DNA of 64,000 nt from Thermoplasmata archaeon (GTDB lineage: Archaea > Thermoplasmatota > Thermoplasmata > Halarchaeoplasmatales > Halarchaeoplasmataceae). The first letter of the stretch is position 1. Each line of letters starts with the position of its first letter. Of the stretch, positions 1 to 9,778 are shown one piece after another. The notes below the pieces were generated by a model. The model was not told where the DNA came from, searched no databases, and saw only the letters and a list, made by a program, of their open reading frames with translations. Made by a program: the position numbers and the translations under genes. The stretch lies in assembly GCA_003560595.1 (NCBI GenBank), contig PWKY01000088.1, positions 8,578 to 72,577 of the forward strand, read 5' to 3'.

Positions 1-903
1 GGGTCCGACTCCGTCTATTATCTCCCCCTTACCGGCTACAGCACCGATGGGTAAGCCGCCACCTATGGCTTTTGCAAGGGCGATGATATCCGGTTTTACT
101 CCGTAGTGATCACAAGCACCGCCGGGTGCTATCTTCACACCGGTTTTCACCTCGTCGAATATCAAGAGAACGTTCTGTTCATTGGTGAGCTTCCTCAACT
201 CCGATAGATACCCATCTTCAGGGGGGATGACACCTTTGTTCATCATCACCGGCTCCACCATCACCGCAGCCACCTCTCCACGGTTATCCTCGAGAATATC
301 CTGCATCGCCTCTATATCATTGAAGGGAGCGATCAGTGTATCTTTTATGACTCCACTCGGTATCCCTTTACCGTGGGGTACGGATGTGGGTCTCTCTTCA
401 GGACCGACTTTGGAAATATCCGGCATCTTACTCACGTGCAGCGGATCGGCGACACCGTTGTATCCTCCTTCTATCTTCACGATCTTCTCCTTCCCGGTGT
501 ACCTCCTGGCAAGCCTCACCGCATAGTGGGTGGACTCGCTTCCGGAGTTGGTGAACCGTACTTTCTCAACTGGAAAGCGCTTGATCAATTCCTCTGCAGC
601 CGCCCGGCTGTTGTCGTGTACGAAACCATACATCGTTCCCCGGTCTATCTGCTTTTTCAATCCCTCCACCAATTTTGGATGGCAGTGCCCCCCCATCAAC
701 ACACCCCAGCACAGGTTATAGTCGCAGTAAACATTACCATCAACGTCCCACAGTTTACTCCCCTCCGCCCTATCTACAAAGAAAGGATACGGTTCGAATG
801 AAGGGGCGGAACCACCGACGCCTCCCGCAAGTACCTGCTGGGCATTTTTGTAAAGTTCCCTCGAGGTTCGAGTTCTACCTACGTAAGTCTCTTCTTCGCT
901 CAT
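1..903 (-). CDS. Class III PLP aminotransferase, glutamate-1-semialdehyde aminomutase (HemL)-like; runs off the left edge
   Basis: Not in the ORF track. Manual translation from ATG at 903 gives MSEEETYVGRTRTSRELYKNAQQVLAGGVGGSAP...EGSKLWDVDGNVYCDY...LIFDEVKTG...LAKAIGGGLPIGAVAG, the class III aminotransferase PLP motifs. Confidence 0.85.
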   Translation of the reverse strand, partial: MSEEETYVGRTRTSRELYKNAQQVLAGGVGGSAPSFEPYPFFVDRAEGSKLWDVDGNVYCDYNLCWGVLMGGHCHPKLVEGLKKQIDRGTMYGFVHDNSRAAAEELIKRFPVEKVRFTNSGSESTHYAVRLARRYTGKEKIVKIEGGYNGVADPLHVSKMPDISKVGPEERPTSVPHGKGIPSGVIKDTLIAPFNDIEAMQDILEDNRGEVAAVMVEPVMMNKGVIPPEDGYLSELRKLTNEQNVLLIFDEVKTGVKIAPGGACDHYGVKPDIIALAKAIGGGLPIGAVAGKGEIIDGVGP

Positions 904-1049
904 GTTATCAAATCTATGTACAATCGTCCTGTAGTACATTAAATTTTTTTCCATCGGATGAAAATTCTGTAGGCATCGGAGAACAAGTTTTTCACTATAG
1001 ATTAAACATTTATGAATAGATATCCAATAATATAATGTCCATTATTTTC

Positions 1050-1099
1050 TAAACATTTTTAAATACTAGTCTCTGCTTATCTTAGCAAAAGGTGTTTCT
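1050..1099 (+). promoter_or_regulatory. Putative archaeal promoter (TTTAAATA TATA box) and GGTG ribosome-binding site
   Basis: CATTTTTAAATACTAGT...GGTGTTTC before ATG 1100; a near-identical copy precedes the paralog at 3513. Confidence 0.6.
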
Positions 1100-3304
1100 A
1101 TGAAGATAGGAGAAAATAAAGTAACTTCTGTTGTGGTATGCGCTTTTTTGATGATAACAGCCATAGGTGGGGTATCAATTTTTACCAATTTTGACGTATT
1201 CCAAGCTGCAGAGGCAATAGATGTAGGGAGCAAACCGATAGTCGGTTTAGCACCGGTCGGATCAGTTCTTGACACGGATCAAGCGGATTTATCTGATATC
1301 GCTTGGAATTCAGCAGGAACGATAGCTTTAGCTGTAGGATGGTCTACCGCTGATTCAAGAGGAGTGGCTTATAGATTCGAAGCTAGAACTGGAGAATGGT
1401 TTAGACTCACACACGAGGATGGAAACATGATCTATGGGGTTACTTGGTGCGATACTACAGAAGGCGGTTCGTTTATAGTTGTTGCCGATGGAACATCTGG
1501 CACGGATAGCAGTGTGGGATATACTGATGGTTTTAACGGACTTATGCCCTTGTATGGTGGTTTAAACGGAGAAAACTTGAGATCTGTAGCTACTAATAAT
1601 ATTGACCCAAATCCAGTTGTCGTTGGTTTAAATGGAGCCTTTATGTATGATGGCACAGATTGGCAGCCCATCGGTGGTCTTCAAGGAGGAGACACTTATA
1701 ATGATATCACCTACACTGGTGGTTTTTATTACATCGTGGGGGAGAGGTTCATAGATCCTGATTATAGGGGTGTGTTTTACCGATTAGTCGATGGGGGGCA
1801 AAATGCACAGTATATTTCTCCACCAGAATACTACGACCCTGCAGAATTAAATGTTTTCATGTTCGATCTTCACGGAGTGGATGCTATAGGCGATGATGTG
1901 ATCTTGGTGGGGACAAATATTATTGATGTATACAACGAAGGTAGTTATATGGGAACACCAGTTCATTTAGAAGATCCAATGGAATATATATTCCGTGGCG
2001 TTGTATGGTCCAATGATATAGTCGCATACATCGTGGGACACGATCTAAGTAATAACGGTTTTTACTACCAATACAATATTGAATTACACAAAGTATCCGA
2101 AATACCCGGTTCTTCAGATATTAGTAACGCTCAACACGGTATTGCAGGGACCAACAGTTCACCCATGATGATTTCTGTTGGAAACTATGCTAGCGACAGC
2201 GCCTGGCAGATCTCTCAGACCTCCAGTTTTAACAACGTGATAACCGACGTAGAAACCCCGGATATACAGTGGATGAGACTTTACGATTTTGAAGATTCAG
2301 GTAAAACACAACGATTGAACTCACAGATCGATGTGAATCCGGAAGGTCAGATAGGTCGACGATATGTCATCGAAGTAGAAGTGACACACAAAATCCAGGG
2401 TTACCTAGATTCTGTGGAAGTATATGGATGGTTTGACGAAGGATTTACTGGTCAAAATAGTAACTTTCCAGAAGTTGGCCCTGATCTCCGGACTCGAGCC
2501 TTCTATTTCGAAGCTACTTATGATGGTGAACAAACGAACTTCCATCAATGGTTCCCTGATGAAATCATCGGTGACCCGATCATTCACCCAGAGATACGTT
2601 TACTGGATTGGGAATCATCTGCTACATATGGATGGGACGAGGTCAATGAACAAGACATTTGGACCATAGAATTCGTCTTTGCACCCGGAGCCCAGACGCG
2701 TTTCGCTCCTGGAGATAATGGGCAATTTCACGGCCCCCTCGGTGGTGATCATGATAAGGACTCAGCACTTAATACCCCTAACACATGGGACTTTCACATT
2801 CGTGGCAATGACGTTGGAGAAGGCGAAGACAACATGTGGGGCGAGTTCGGTATATTTAGGTTCACTTCCTTGACCCTTTCCGGCTTACCTGGTTCTTACC
2901 ATGGAGTCGGTGCACCCGGCCAGGAGATCGAATTGACAGCCGGCGAAACCGTGCTAAGGTACAGTGCTAATTGTGAACATCTGCTGCACGTTTACGTTGA
3001 AACCGACCTAAAAGGCACACTTGGCCAAAATATTCCAGCTTCTTCTTTAGAAGTGCAGGGTGGTTTTAGAGAACGGGTTGCTATAACCGCTGCGGGATAT
3101 GGTAATTCCGTTTATCTTCTCGGCGATAGTACGCCATCATACATCCCACCAAGAAACATGTATGATCACTCACTGACCTCTATCGATACATCTAATGAAG
3201 AACCAACTTCATACCAAGATATAAGGTGGTGGATAACTATACCGTCCGTTCCTGAAGATACATACTCTGCGAACATAGTTTACGTGCTTGAACACAGTGG
3301 ATGA
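1100..3304 (+). CDS. Secreted surface protein: signal peptide, beta-propeller-like repeats, Ig-like middle domain, WxL-like C-terminal beta domain (paralog 1)
   Basis: Basic N-terminus plus hydrophobic stretch; repeated L-x-D/G-V-x-W...h-h-V-G blades; ends WWITIPSVPEDTYSANIVYVLEHSG; no C-terminal TM; acidic. Confidence 0.75.
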   Translation: MKIGENKVTSVVVCAFLMITAIGGVSIFTNFDVFQAAEAIDVGSKPIVGLAPVGSVLDTDQADLSDIAWNSAGTIALAVGWSTADSRGVAYRFEARTGEWFRLTHEDGNMIYGVTWCDTTEGGSFIVVADGTSGTDSSVGYTDGFNGLMPLYGGLNGENLRSVATNNIDPNPVVVGLNGAFMYDGTDWQPIGGLQGGDTYNDITYTGGFYYIVGERFIDPDYRGVFYRLVDGGQNAQYISPPEYYDPAELNVFMFDLHGVDAIGDDVILVGTNIIDVYNEGSYMGTPVHLEDPMEYIFRGVVWSNDIVAYIVGHDLSNNGFYYQYNIELHKVSEIPGSSDISNAQHGIAGTNSSPMMISVGNYASDSAWQISQTSSFNNVITDVETPDIQWMRLYDFEDSGKTQRLNSQIDVNPEGQIGRRYVIEVEVTHKIQGYLDSVEVYGWFDEGFTGQNSNFPEVGPDLRTRAFYFEATYDGEQTNFHQWFPDEIIGDPIIHPEIRLLDWESSATYGWDEVNEQDIWTIEFVFAPGAQTRFAPGDNGQFHGPLGGDHDKDSALNTPNTWDFHIRGNDVGEGEDNMWGEFGIFRFTSLTLSGLPGSYHGVGAPGQEIELTAGETVLRYSANCEHLLHVYVETDLKGTLGQNIPASSLEVQGGFRERVAITAAGYGNSVYLLGDSTPSYIPPRNMYDHSLTSIDTSNEEPTSYQDIRWWITIPSVPEDTYSANIVYVLEHSG

Positions 3305-3353
3305 TGTTCACTAAATAGGCATCTTCTATATCCCGGATGGACGAGAGAACATC
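3303..3353 (+). terminator. Stem-loop immediately after paralog 1
   Basis: Outer stem GATGTTC...GAACATC with an inner GCATC/GATGG pairing; a related hairpin follows paralog 2. Confidence 0.35.
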
Positions 3354-3461
3354 GATACATGAACCCGATATCATAAATATGATAATAATATACGTAATTA
3401 GAAGGTGATCTAATTGATATATGCATATATTATTCATAAGCAAAAAATACTAGATGTTTAC

Positions 3462-3512
3462 TAATCATTTTTAAATACTAGTGTTTGCATATCTCAACAA
3501 ACGGTGTTTCAG
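3462..3512 (+). promoter_or_regulatory. Duplicated promoter/leader of paralog 2
   Basis: CATTTTTAAATACTAGTGTTTGCATATCTCAACAAACGGTGTTTC matches the 1050-1099 region. Confidence 0.6.
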
Positions 3513-5699
3513 ATGATGGTAGGAGAAAAAAAAGTAGCCCCACTGTTAGTATGTATCCTTTTGATCATAACCGCCTTTGGTGGTATATCTCTACTTACAG
3601 AACAGGGGATGTTAGGAAATGTAGAAGCGGCCGATACCGGTGCTCAGCCCATAGTAGGATTGACTGCTGGGACTTTTGTCGATACCAATGAGGTAGATCT
3701 TCAAGATATAGCATGGCACCCCAGTGGTAATTTTGCAGTTGCCGTGGGACTCGGTGGATGGGTATTCCGATACGAGCCGAATACAGGAAACTGGATAGAC
3801 ATAGATAGTAGTGCACAAACAACTGTGGATCTTCGTGCTGTCACTTGGCATGAATTAACTGATGAATTTATCGTTGTCGGTGGAGAATCTGTTGGAACAA
3901 CTGTTTGGACTACCGATGGATATTCACAACTATCGGAATTTCCTGAATCTCCGGAGGCAGAATTATACGATGTTGCAGCGGACCCGGGTTCGGTTTCTGT
4001 CATAGTCGTGGGCCTAGGAGGGGCTTGCTTTGAATATGATGGGACCTGGAACGAGATCACCGATATAGATGGCTCAAATGATCTTTATGGCGCTATATTT
4101 AACGGGCCGGGATTTGGGTATTATTTTGTAGGGTATAATACAACCATAAATGAAGGAGTGTTATGGAGATATGATTTAAATACAGCAGAACCAATCGACC
4201 CCCCTTTACACCGGGGTTGGGAAACTAACATAATTTACGGTATAGATCATGATCCAGCTGGACATATGATAATCGTAGGGCAAAATAACATCGATGTATA
4301 TGACCCGTTAGCAGAACCGGAAGGAGAATTCATTACCGATGAGCAGCCACCCAGTGGTATGGTAGGTGGTGAGGTGTTTAGAGGCGTCACATGGTTCGAC
4401 GATACCGCATACATAGTAGGTGAAAACTTTGGCGACGGTATCTTCTATCAATTTATAGTTGGGGAAAATAAAGTATCAGAGATACCGGTTTCTTCATCAA
4501 TAACACAAGAACAGTATGCTATAGACAGCCTACCGGGACGACCAAACTCAATCATTTCCGTAGGTGACCACGGCAGCGACAGTGCGTGGCAGATATCACA
4601 GACCTTTGGTTCCAACGATATCATAACCGACACTAAAGTTCCTCATATACAATATATAGACCTTTACGAGACTGATGACCTTGACAAAACTCAGCGGTTG
4701 AACACACAGTTAGATGTGAATCCGGAGGGCTCTAACGATCGTAGATATACCTTGGAGGTCCTAGTAACACATGAGACTCAAGATTACTTAGAATCAGTCG
4801 ACGTCTATGCATGGTTTGACGATGGGGATACGGGGGTAAATAGTGACTATCCTGAAGTGGATGTAGAATTCCGAACAAGGGCTTTTAATTTCCGAGCGGA
4901 GTATGATCATGTGGGGAAAGTGACATCGTTCTCCCAGGTATTCCCAACTGTCGCTAATGACCCAGAAGGTTATGGTGACCAACAGGAGGTGGTTTTACTC
5001 GAAACTGACTCTTCTGCAACTTATGAGTTCGTTGGAGATAGAGATGAATGGACACTGGAATTTGTATTCGCCCTCGGCCCTCAGGTAAGATGGGCTGCTG
5101 GGCAAGACGGAAACTTCCTTGGTCCTGAATATTCTCCCGTCAAAGATGAAGCCCTCGCAACACCGAATACATGGGATCTTCATATACATGCACAGGACGA
5201 GGGTGGTGGTCATAATGATATGTGGGGCGAATTCGGGATCTTCCGATTTACCTCGCTTACCATCTCTGGTCTGCCTGGTACTTACGAGGGCATGGGAGCA
5301 CCGGGACAGAAGATAGAACTTACACCGGTGACCTCTAGTATTGTAAAATACAGTGCTAACTGTGATCATAATCTGTACGTTTACGTACAGGACGACCTGC
5401 AAGGAGAAGCAACAGAAGATATCATCCAAGCTTCAGATCTATCCGTTGCAGGTGGTTTTATCGGAGAAACTGATATAGGTGGTCCCGGAGAATCTCATCC
5501 AGTATATCTGTTGGGTAGTGGGGATCCAGCATCATATGTTCCACCCCGAAATATGTATGATTATTCACTGACGTCCGTGAGTACAGTCGATGAAGAACCA
5601 ACCACACATCCCGAAATAAGATGGTGGGTAGAAATACCCGCGGTATCGGAGGATATATACTCATCTAACATAGTTTACGTGCTACAACACAGCGGATGA
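3513..5699 (+). CDS. Secreted surface protein, beta-propeller/Ig-like/WxL-like (paralog 2)
   Basis: Colinear with 1100..3304 (shared DSAWQISQT, KTQRLN-Q-DVNPEG, NMWGEFGIFRFTSLT/DMWGEFGIFRFTSLT, PPRNMYD, NIVYVL-HSG). Start moved to ATG 3513 after the GGTG RBS. Confidence 0.75.
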   Translation: MMVGEKKVAPLLVCILLIITAFGGISLLTEQGMLGNVEAADTGAQPIVGLTAGTFVDTNEVDLQDIAWHPSGNFAVAVGLGGWVFRYEPNTGNWIDIDSSAQTTVDLRAVTWHELTDEFIVVGGESVGTTVWTTDGYSQLSEFPESPEAELYDVAADPGSVSVIVVGLGGACFEYDGTWNEITDIDGSNDLYGAIFNGPGFGYYFVGYNTTINEGVLWRYDLNTAEPIDPPLHRGWETNIIYGIDHDPAGHMIIVGQNNIDVYDPLAEPEGEFITDEQPPSGMVGGEVFRGVTWFDDTAYIVGENFGDGIFYQFIVGENKVSEIPVSSSITQEQYAIDSLPGRPNSIISVGDHGSDSAWQISQTFGSNDIITDTKVPHIQYIDLYETDDLDKTQRLNTQLDVNPEGSNDRRYTLEVLVTHETQDYLESVDVYAWFDDGDTGVNSDYPEVDVEFRTRAFNFRAEYDHVGKVTSFSQVFPTVANDPEGYGDQQEVVLLETDSSATYEFVGDRDEWTLEFVFALGPQVRWAAGQDGNFLGPEYSPVKDEALATPNTWDLHIHAQDEGGGHNDMWGEFGIFRFTSLTISGLPGTYEGMGAPGQKIELTPVTSSIVKYSANCDHNLYVYVQDDLQGEATEDIIQASDLSVAGGFIGETDIGGPGESHPVYLLGSGDPASYVPPRNMYDYSLTSVSTVDEEPTTHPEIRWWVEIPAVSEDIYSSNIVYVLQHSG

Positions 5700-5749
5700 T
5701 GTTTCCCACCATGGGCATCCGTTGTATCCCGGGTGTCCATTGGAAACAT
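5699..5749 (+). terminator. Stem-loop immediately after paralog 2
   Basis: ATGTTTCC...ATGGGCATCC-loop-GGGTGTCCAT-GGAAACAT long inverted repeat with G-U pairs. Confidence 0.45.
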
Positions 5750-5784
5750 TAATACATATACTGATAATACAGGTGGAGAATCAC

Positions 5785-7131
5785 ATGCTCAGCAGAATGA
5801 TGGTAATACTGACGGTATCCCTACTGTTCGTTTCATTCATCACGGTAGAAAACACACACGCCAGCGATATCACAGATGTAGAGATGCACCTTTTTGATCA
5901 TCCCCCTGTACTGGTCGACGGTAAGCCAAGATTTCTCATCGGCGTGTTGAACGTGATCAATGTTTCAATCGCCGGAGATTCAGGACACTTCAGCGCGGAG
6001 ATACATCCTGCATCAGGATTGCCAGAAACAAAGAACGAGACCAATCATTATCTATGGAGTTATACCGGTGCTGACTTTGAATGCGAGTACGGAGATTTTA
6101 TCGACCTAGGGAGGAGTAAGGCATCCCAGGACCGTATCGAGTTCGTGGTGGGTGTGTCGGCCTACGTTGACGTCGGTCTGTGGAACCTTACGGTCAGAAC
6201 TGAAGATGAGGAGTATTTCACGCAGTTCTTCATGGATCTTCCTGAGACAGGGATAGGGAGTACTGCACCGGACTTTTACTTCAGCACTTCCCCTTTCAGC
6301 GGTGAAAAGTATCACTCTTCTGACGACATGATGTACTTCAGGACGGTGAACACCGGTAACATCCCTCTCCGGTTAGATATAAGCTATGATAAATATGACC
6401 AATATATCACTACAACTAACAGCACAGGCATATTCGATATAGGTGAAGAGAGGTATCACCACCTATCATTTGACACACCTGTGTGGGGGCCGCGTATAGT
6501 CGAGATCACAGGTAAGATCACCGGTGAACCCTTCTATGTGATAACCCCGGACATGGTACGGCTTATACCTGTTCCGGAGCTCACCTTCTCCGTCACTTTA
6601 GAGATAGTCAGGCCCGGTTTTACATTGATCGACCGAGGCGATGTACAGATACAATACAGGGAGAGTATTTCAATACAGTATGAAGAGACCATCGATATCG
6701 AGGTTTACCTGACCGGTAGCACCGACGTCACAGTACTGACTTCAGCTGATCTTATATCACTTGAATCTGCGACATATAGAGGTGAAGATATAGACGATAA
6801 CGTTGAAATCAGCTTATCAACACATACCGAGGAGAGGTTGATATTTAAAGTAAAGGGGATCAATGCCAATGAAGTAGGTGAGCTAAGGCATATGATATCA
6901 TGGGACGATGATGAAGAGTTGATCGTCACCGAGATCACAACAGGTCCGGCTCCTGAAGAAGATGCGTCAGAGAACCGGGAAAGGAATATATTCGGTTTGC
7001 TTTTTGTAACTGTTGTCATAGGCATAGCATCGTTATTCATACTTAAGTCCGTCAAAGGTAAAGAAAAAGAAAGCGAGAGAGAACGCAAAAGAAGGGAATG
7101 GTTGGAACGTCATAAAAGGAGGAAGGTATGA
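5785..7131 (+). CDS. Exported multi-Ig-like protein with C-terminal TM anchor and basic tail
   Basis: AGGTGGAG RBS before ATG 5785; signal peptide; beta-rich with VNTGNIPL motif; TM IFGLLFVTVVIGIASLFIL followed by a K/R/E-rich tail. Confidence 0.7.
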   Translation: MLSRMMVILTVSLLFVSFITVENTHASDITDVEMHLFDHPPVLVDGKPRFLIGVLNVINVSIAGDSGHFSAEIHPASGLPETKNETNHYLWSYTGADFECEYGDFIDLGRSKASQDRIEFVVGVSAYVDVGLWNLTVRTEDEEYFTQFFMDLPETGIGSTAPDFYFSTSPFSGEKYHSSDDMMYFRTVNTGNIPLRLDISYDKYDQYITTTNSTGIFDIGEERYHHLSFDTPVWGPRIVEITGKITGEPFYVITPDMVRLIPVPELTFSVTLEIVRPGFTLIDRGDVQIQYRESISIQYEETIDIEVYLTGSTDVTVLTSADLISLESATYRGEDIDDNVEISLSTHTEERLIFKVKGINANEVGELRHMISWDDDEELIVTEITTGPAPEEDASENRERNIFGLLFVTVVIGIASLFILKSVKGKEKESERERKRREWLERHKRRKV

Positions 7132-7772
7132 AAAGGTTTCTGATCGGTATATGTATCGTATTTACTATCCTTCTGAGTTCACTAGCAGGAGCCCAGGAGG
7201 GTGGTGTAGGTGTAGTCAATACCCCTCCTACTTTTGTTTCGATAGATATAAACGAGACCGACGATTTATATTATATCAATGTGAATGTATCCGATTACAA
7301 CGGTAGAGGAGATATATATAGAGTATTCGTGAACATATATGATACTGATGACGAGATGATATCCAACATATCATATCAACAATGGGATTCCACAGACCGG
7401 GCGACCGCATCCAGGATAGATGCTTTCATGGAACACAGGGGAGATTATTTGGTTAGCGGTGAAGTCATAAGATATGTAGGAAATGATTGGTTCCTCGAGA
7501 ACACCACACTTGAACTACAGTTCGTCCTGCGGCCGTTGGATGGAAAAACCATCAACATACGTGCTTCCGATTTTAATATGGAAGAGGCCTTCTATGAGGG
7601 GCCTATAACGTCCAAAACTTTAGTTCAACCTATCATCGAGGGAAGGGCTATCCCACTTGTTATATCGATGATGACCGCTGGGTTGGGTACTGCAGCAGTT
7701 GTATACGACCGCAGGAACAAGAACGTTTTGGCACAGACCGTACGAAAGAAGATGGAAGAGGAGATAGGCTGA
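7128..7772 (+). CDS. Exported single-Ig-like protein with C-terminal TM anchor
   Basis: Signal peptide ending AGA-QE; VVNTPPTF...VSDYNG-GDI motif; C-terminal hydrophobic segment then DRRNK; ATGA overlap with the upstream gene. Confidence 0.7.
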   Translation: MKRFLIGICIVFTILLSSLAGAQEGGVGVVNTPPTFVSIDINETDDLYYINVNVSDYNGRGDIYRVFVNIYDTDDEMISNISYQQWDSTDRATASRIDAFMEHRGDYLVSGEVIRYVGNDWFLENTTLELQFVLRPLDGKTINIRASDFNMEEAFYEGPITSKTLVQPIIEGRAIPLVISMMTAGLGTAAVVYDRRNKNVLAQTVRKKMEEEIG

Positions 7773-9778
7773 TGGTAGATATTGGTGATCTTTTAGGGGA
7801 GCCCTGGGAAAAATTTACGAGATATTACCTTCTCAGTACCATCACTCTTACGTTCTTCGTATTCTTAGCCCTATTCGTTGTCACTGAATTTTCCCTGGCA
7901 TTCTTTAACATCACCGAATTACCTCTGAACGCTTTTCTTTATCTTGTACCCTTCTTTGAATCTAATATAAGTTTGAATATTTTATTTTTAGGTGCTATCG
8001 TTTCCTCAGCAGATGCACTCCTTCATATGTTTGATAAAAAATTGAATCTTATCTTATCTTTGGTTCCCACTAGCATCATGATCAGCGGCATGATAGTCCA
8101 GATATATATCGGTTCGATGGCGATCACCGTGATGGTCCTATTTGCATTATTGGTCTTGATGGGGTTGTTAGATATACTTTGCATATTGGAACATCCCGAA
8201 GAGCTGGATATAATCGGGCGTGGTAATCTGCAGATATTTCTTGAAAAGGAAGCTGAATTAAAAGAGATGGCTGAACAGGAAGAAGAATTACTCAAAACGA
8301 AGGAAGAGGAACTTATCACCTTGTCCCAAGAGATGGAATCTTTAGAAGAAAAGATGCATGAAGAAGAAGAGATGCTTAGGCTTAAAGAAGAAGAAGTCGA
8401 AGATATACGTACGGAGATGGAGGAGGCCAAGAGGCAACTTGAGGAGGAAGAAGAACTACTGAGGGTTAAAGAAGAGAACATCGAGGATACCATCGAAAGC
8501 AGATTAGAAGAACGGATAATGGAGGAGGAGGAACTGTTGAGGACAAAGGATGAGGAATTTACAAAATTACAGGATCAACTTGAAACACAAAGAAAACTAT
8601 ACGAAGAAACGAAAAGGGAGCTCATGGAAAAGGAACACAAGGTTCAGAACCTAAAAACAGAGATCGAGGAGAGGATGCGGAGGGAGATGGAAGATGAGAT
8701 GATGCGAAAACTGCGTGAGGAAACAGATATCATCTCCAAAAGAGGTAAGCAGGAAAATAAGATGTTCCCATTCACCGCTATCGTGGGACAGAGAGAAGGG
8801 AAGAAAGCGTTGATACTTAACGCAATATACCCTGAAGTAGGCGGGGTACTTCTTAGAGGTGAAAAGGGTACTGCTAAATCCGTTGCTGTGAGAGCCTTAG
8901 CCGAAGTACTCCCAAATATAAACGTTACCGGATGCCAATACAACTGCGATCCGGATGATCATGAAAAGCTGTGTCCGGAATGTGATGCAAGGGTAAAACA
9001 GGATAAGCTCGATAGTTACGAAGTTCCTGTAAAGGTGGTCAATTTACCACTTAATGTCACGGAGGATAGACTATTGGGAAGTCTTGACATAGAGATGGTG
9101 CTGGGAGAAGGCAAGAGGGCCTTTGAACCGGGTATCTTAGCTGAAGTTAATAGAGGTATCCTTTACGTTGATGAGATAAATCTTCTTGATGATTACATAG
9201 TCGATGTGCTATTAGACGCTGCATCTTCAAAAAGAGTCATAGTGGAACGAGAAGGTATCAGTGCATCGTATAGCTCAGATTTTATCATAGTAGGAAGCAT
9301 GAATCCTGAAGAGGGAGAACTTAGGCCACAGATACTAGATAGGATCTCCTTGATGGTGAACATGAAAGGCATCGACGACATAAAAGAACGTATGAGTATC
9401 ATTAAAAATAGACAAGATTTCACACTGGACCCGGAAGTATTTAGATCTAAGTATGCAGGTTCACAGGATGAGTTGAAACGTAAGATAGAAAAAGCTAGAG
9501 AGATCATGCATCGAGTTAATACGTCTACAAGCATGCTCAAGTTGATCGCAGACCTTTGCATGGATTTTGGTATCGCAGGTCACCGGGGAGATATCGCTAT
9601 AGAGCGGGCCGCTAGGGCGAACGCTGCGTTCAACGGCCGGTTGGAAACTACCATCGACGACATAATGATCGCATCAAAGATGGCTCTACCACACAGGGTA
9701 AAAAGGAGGCCTCTAGAGGAGGAAGAATTTACAGAAGATGTGCTTGAAGAATGGTTCGAATCTAGGGAGCTGACTTGA
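7772..9778 (+). CDS. Membrane-anchored, coiled-coil-stalked BchI/ChlI-like AAA+ ATPase
   Basis: About 4 N-terminal TM helices, an approximately 180-aa E/K-rich coiled coil, then FPFTAIVGQ, Walker A GEKGTAKS, TEDRLLGSLD, Walker B LYVDEINLL, MNPEEGELRPQILDR, ALPHR. Confidence 0.88.
   Translation: MVDIGDLLGEPWEKFTRYYLLSTITLTFFVFLALFVVTEFSLAFFNITELPLNAFLYLVPFFESNISLNILFLGAIVSSADALLHMFDKKLNLILSLVPTSIMISGMIVQIYIGSMAITVMVLFALLVLMGLLDILCILEHPEELDIIGRGNLQIFLEKEAELKEMAEQEEELLKTKEEELITLSQEMESLEEKMHEEEEMLRLKEEEVEDIRTEMEEAKRQLEEEEELLRVKEENIEDTIESRLEERIMEEEELLRTKDEEFTKLQDQLETQRKLYEETKRELMEKEHKVQNLKTEIEERMRREMEDEMMRKLREETDIISKRGKQENKMFPFTAIVGQREGKKALILNAIYPEVGGVLLRGEKGTAKSVAVRALAEVLPNINVTGCQYNCDPDDHEKLCPECDARVKQDKLDSYEVPVKVVNLPLNVTEDRLLGSLDIEMVLGEGKRAFEPGILAEVNRGILYVDEINLLDDYIVDVLLDAASSKRVIVEREGISASYSSDFIIVGSMNPEEGELRPQILDRISLMVNMKGIDDIKERMSIIKNRQDFTLDPEVFRSKYAGSQDELKRKIEKAREIMHRVNTSTSMLKLIADLCMDFGIAGHRGDIAIERAARANAAFNGRLETTIDDIMIASKMALPHRVKRRPLEEEEFTEDVLEEWFESRELT

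Noticed and set aside
182-1019. Plus-strand ORFs 182..526, 373..801, 530..721, 675..1019
   Set aside because: They are shadows of the minus-strand aminotransferase, which has clear family motifs.
3365-3432. Several AT-rich palindromes between the paralogs (TATCATA-AA-TATGATA, AATTAGA-N6-TCTAATT, ATATATGCATATAT)
   Set aside because: Very AT-rich context makes chance palindromes likely, and they are not repeated upstream of paralog 1.
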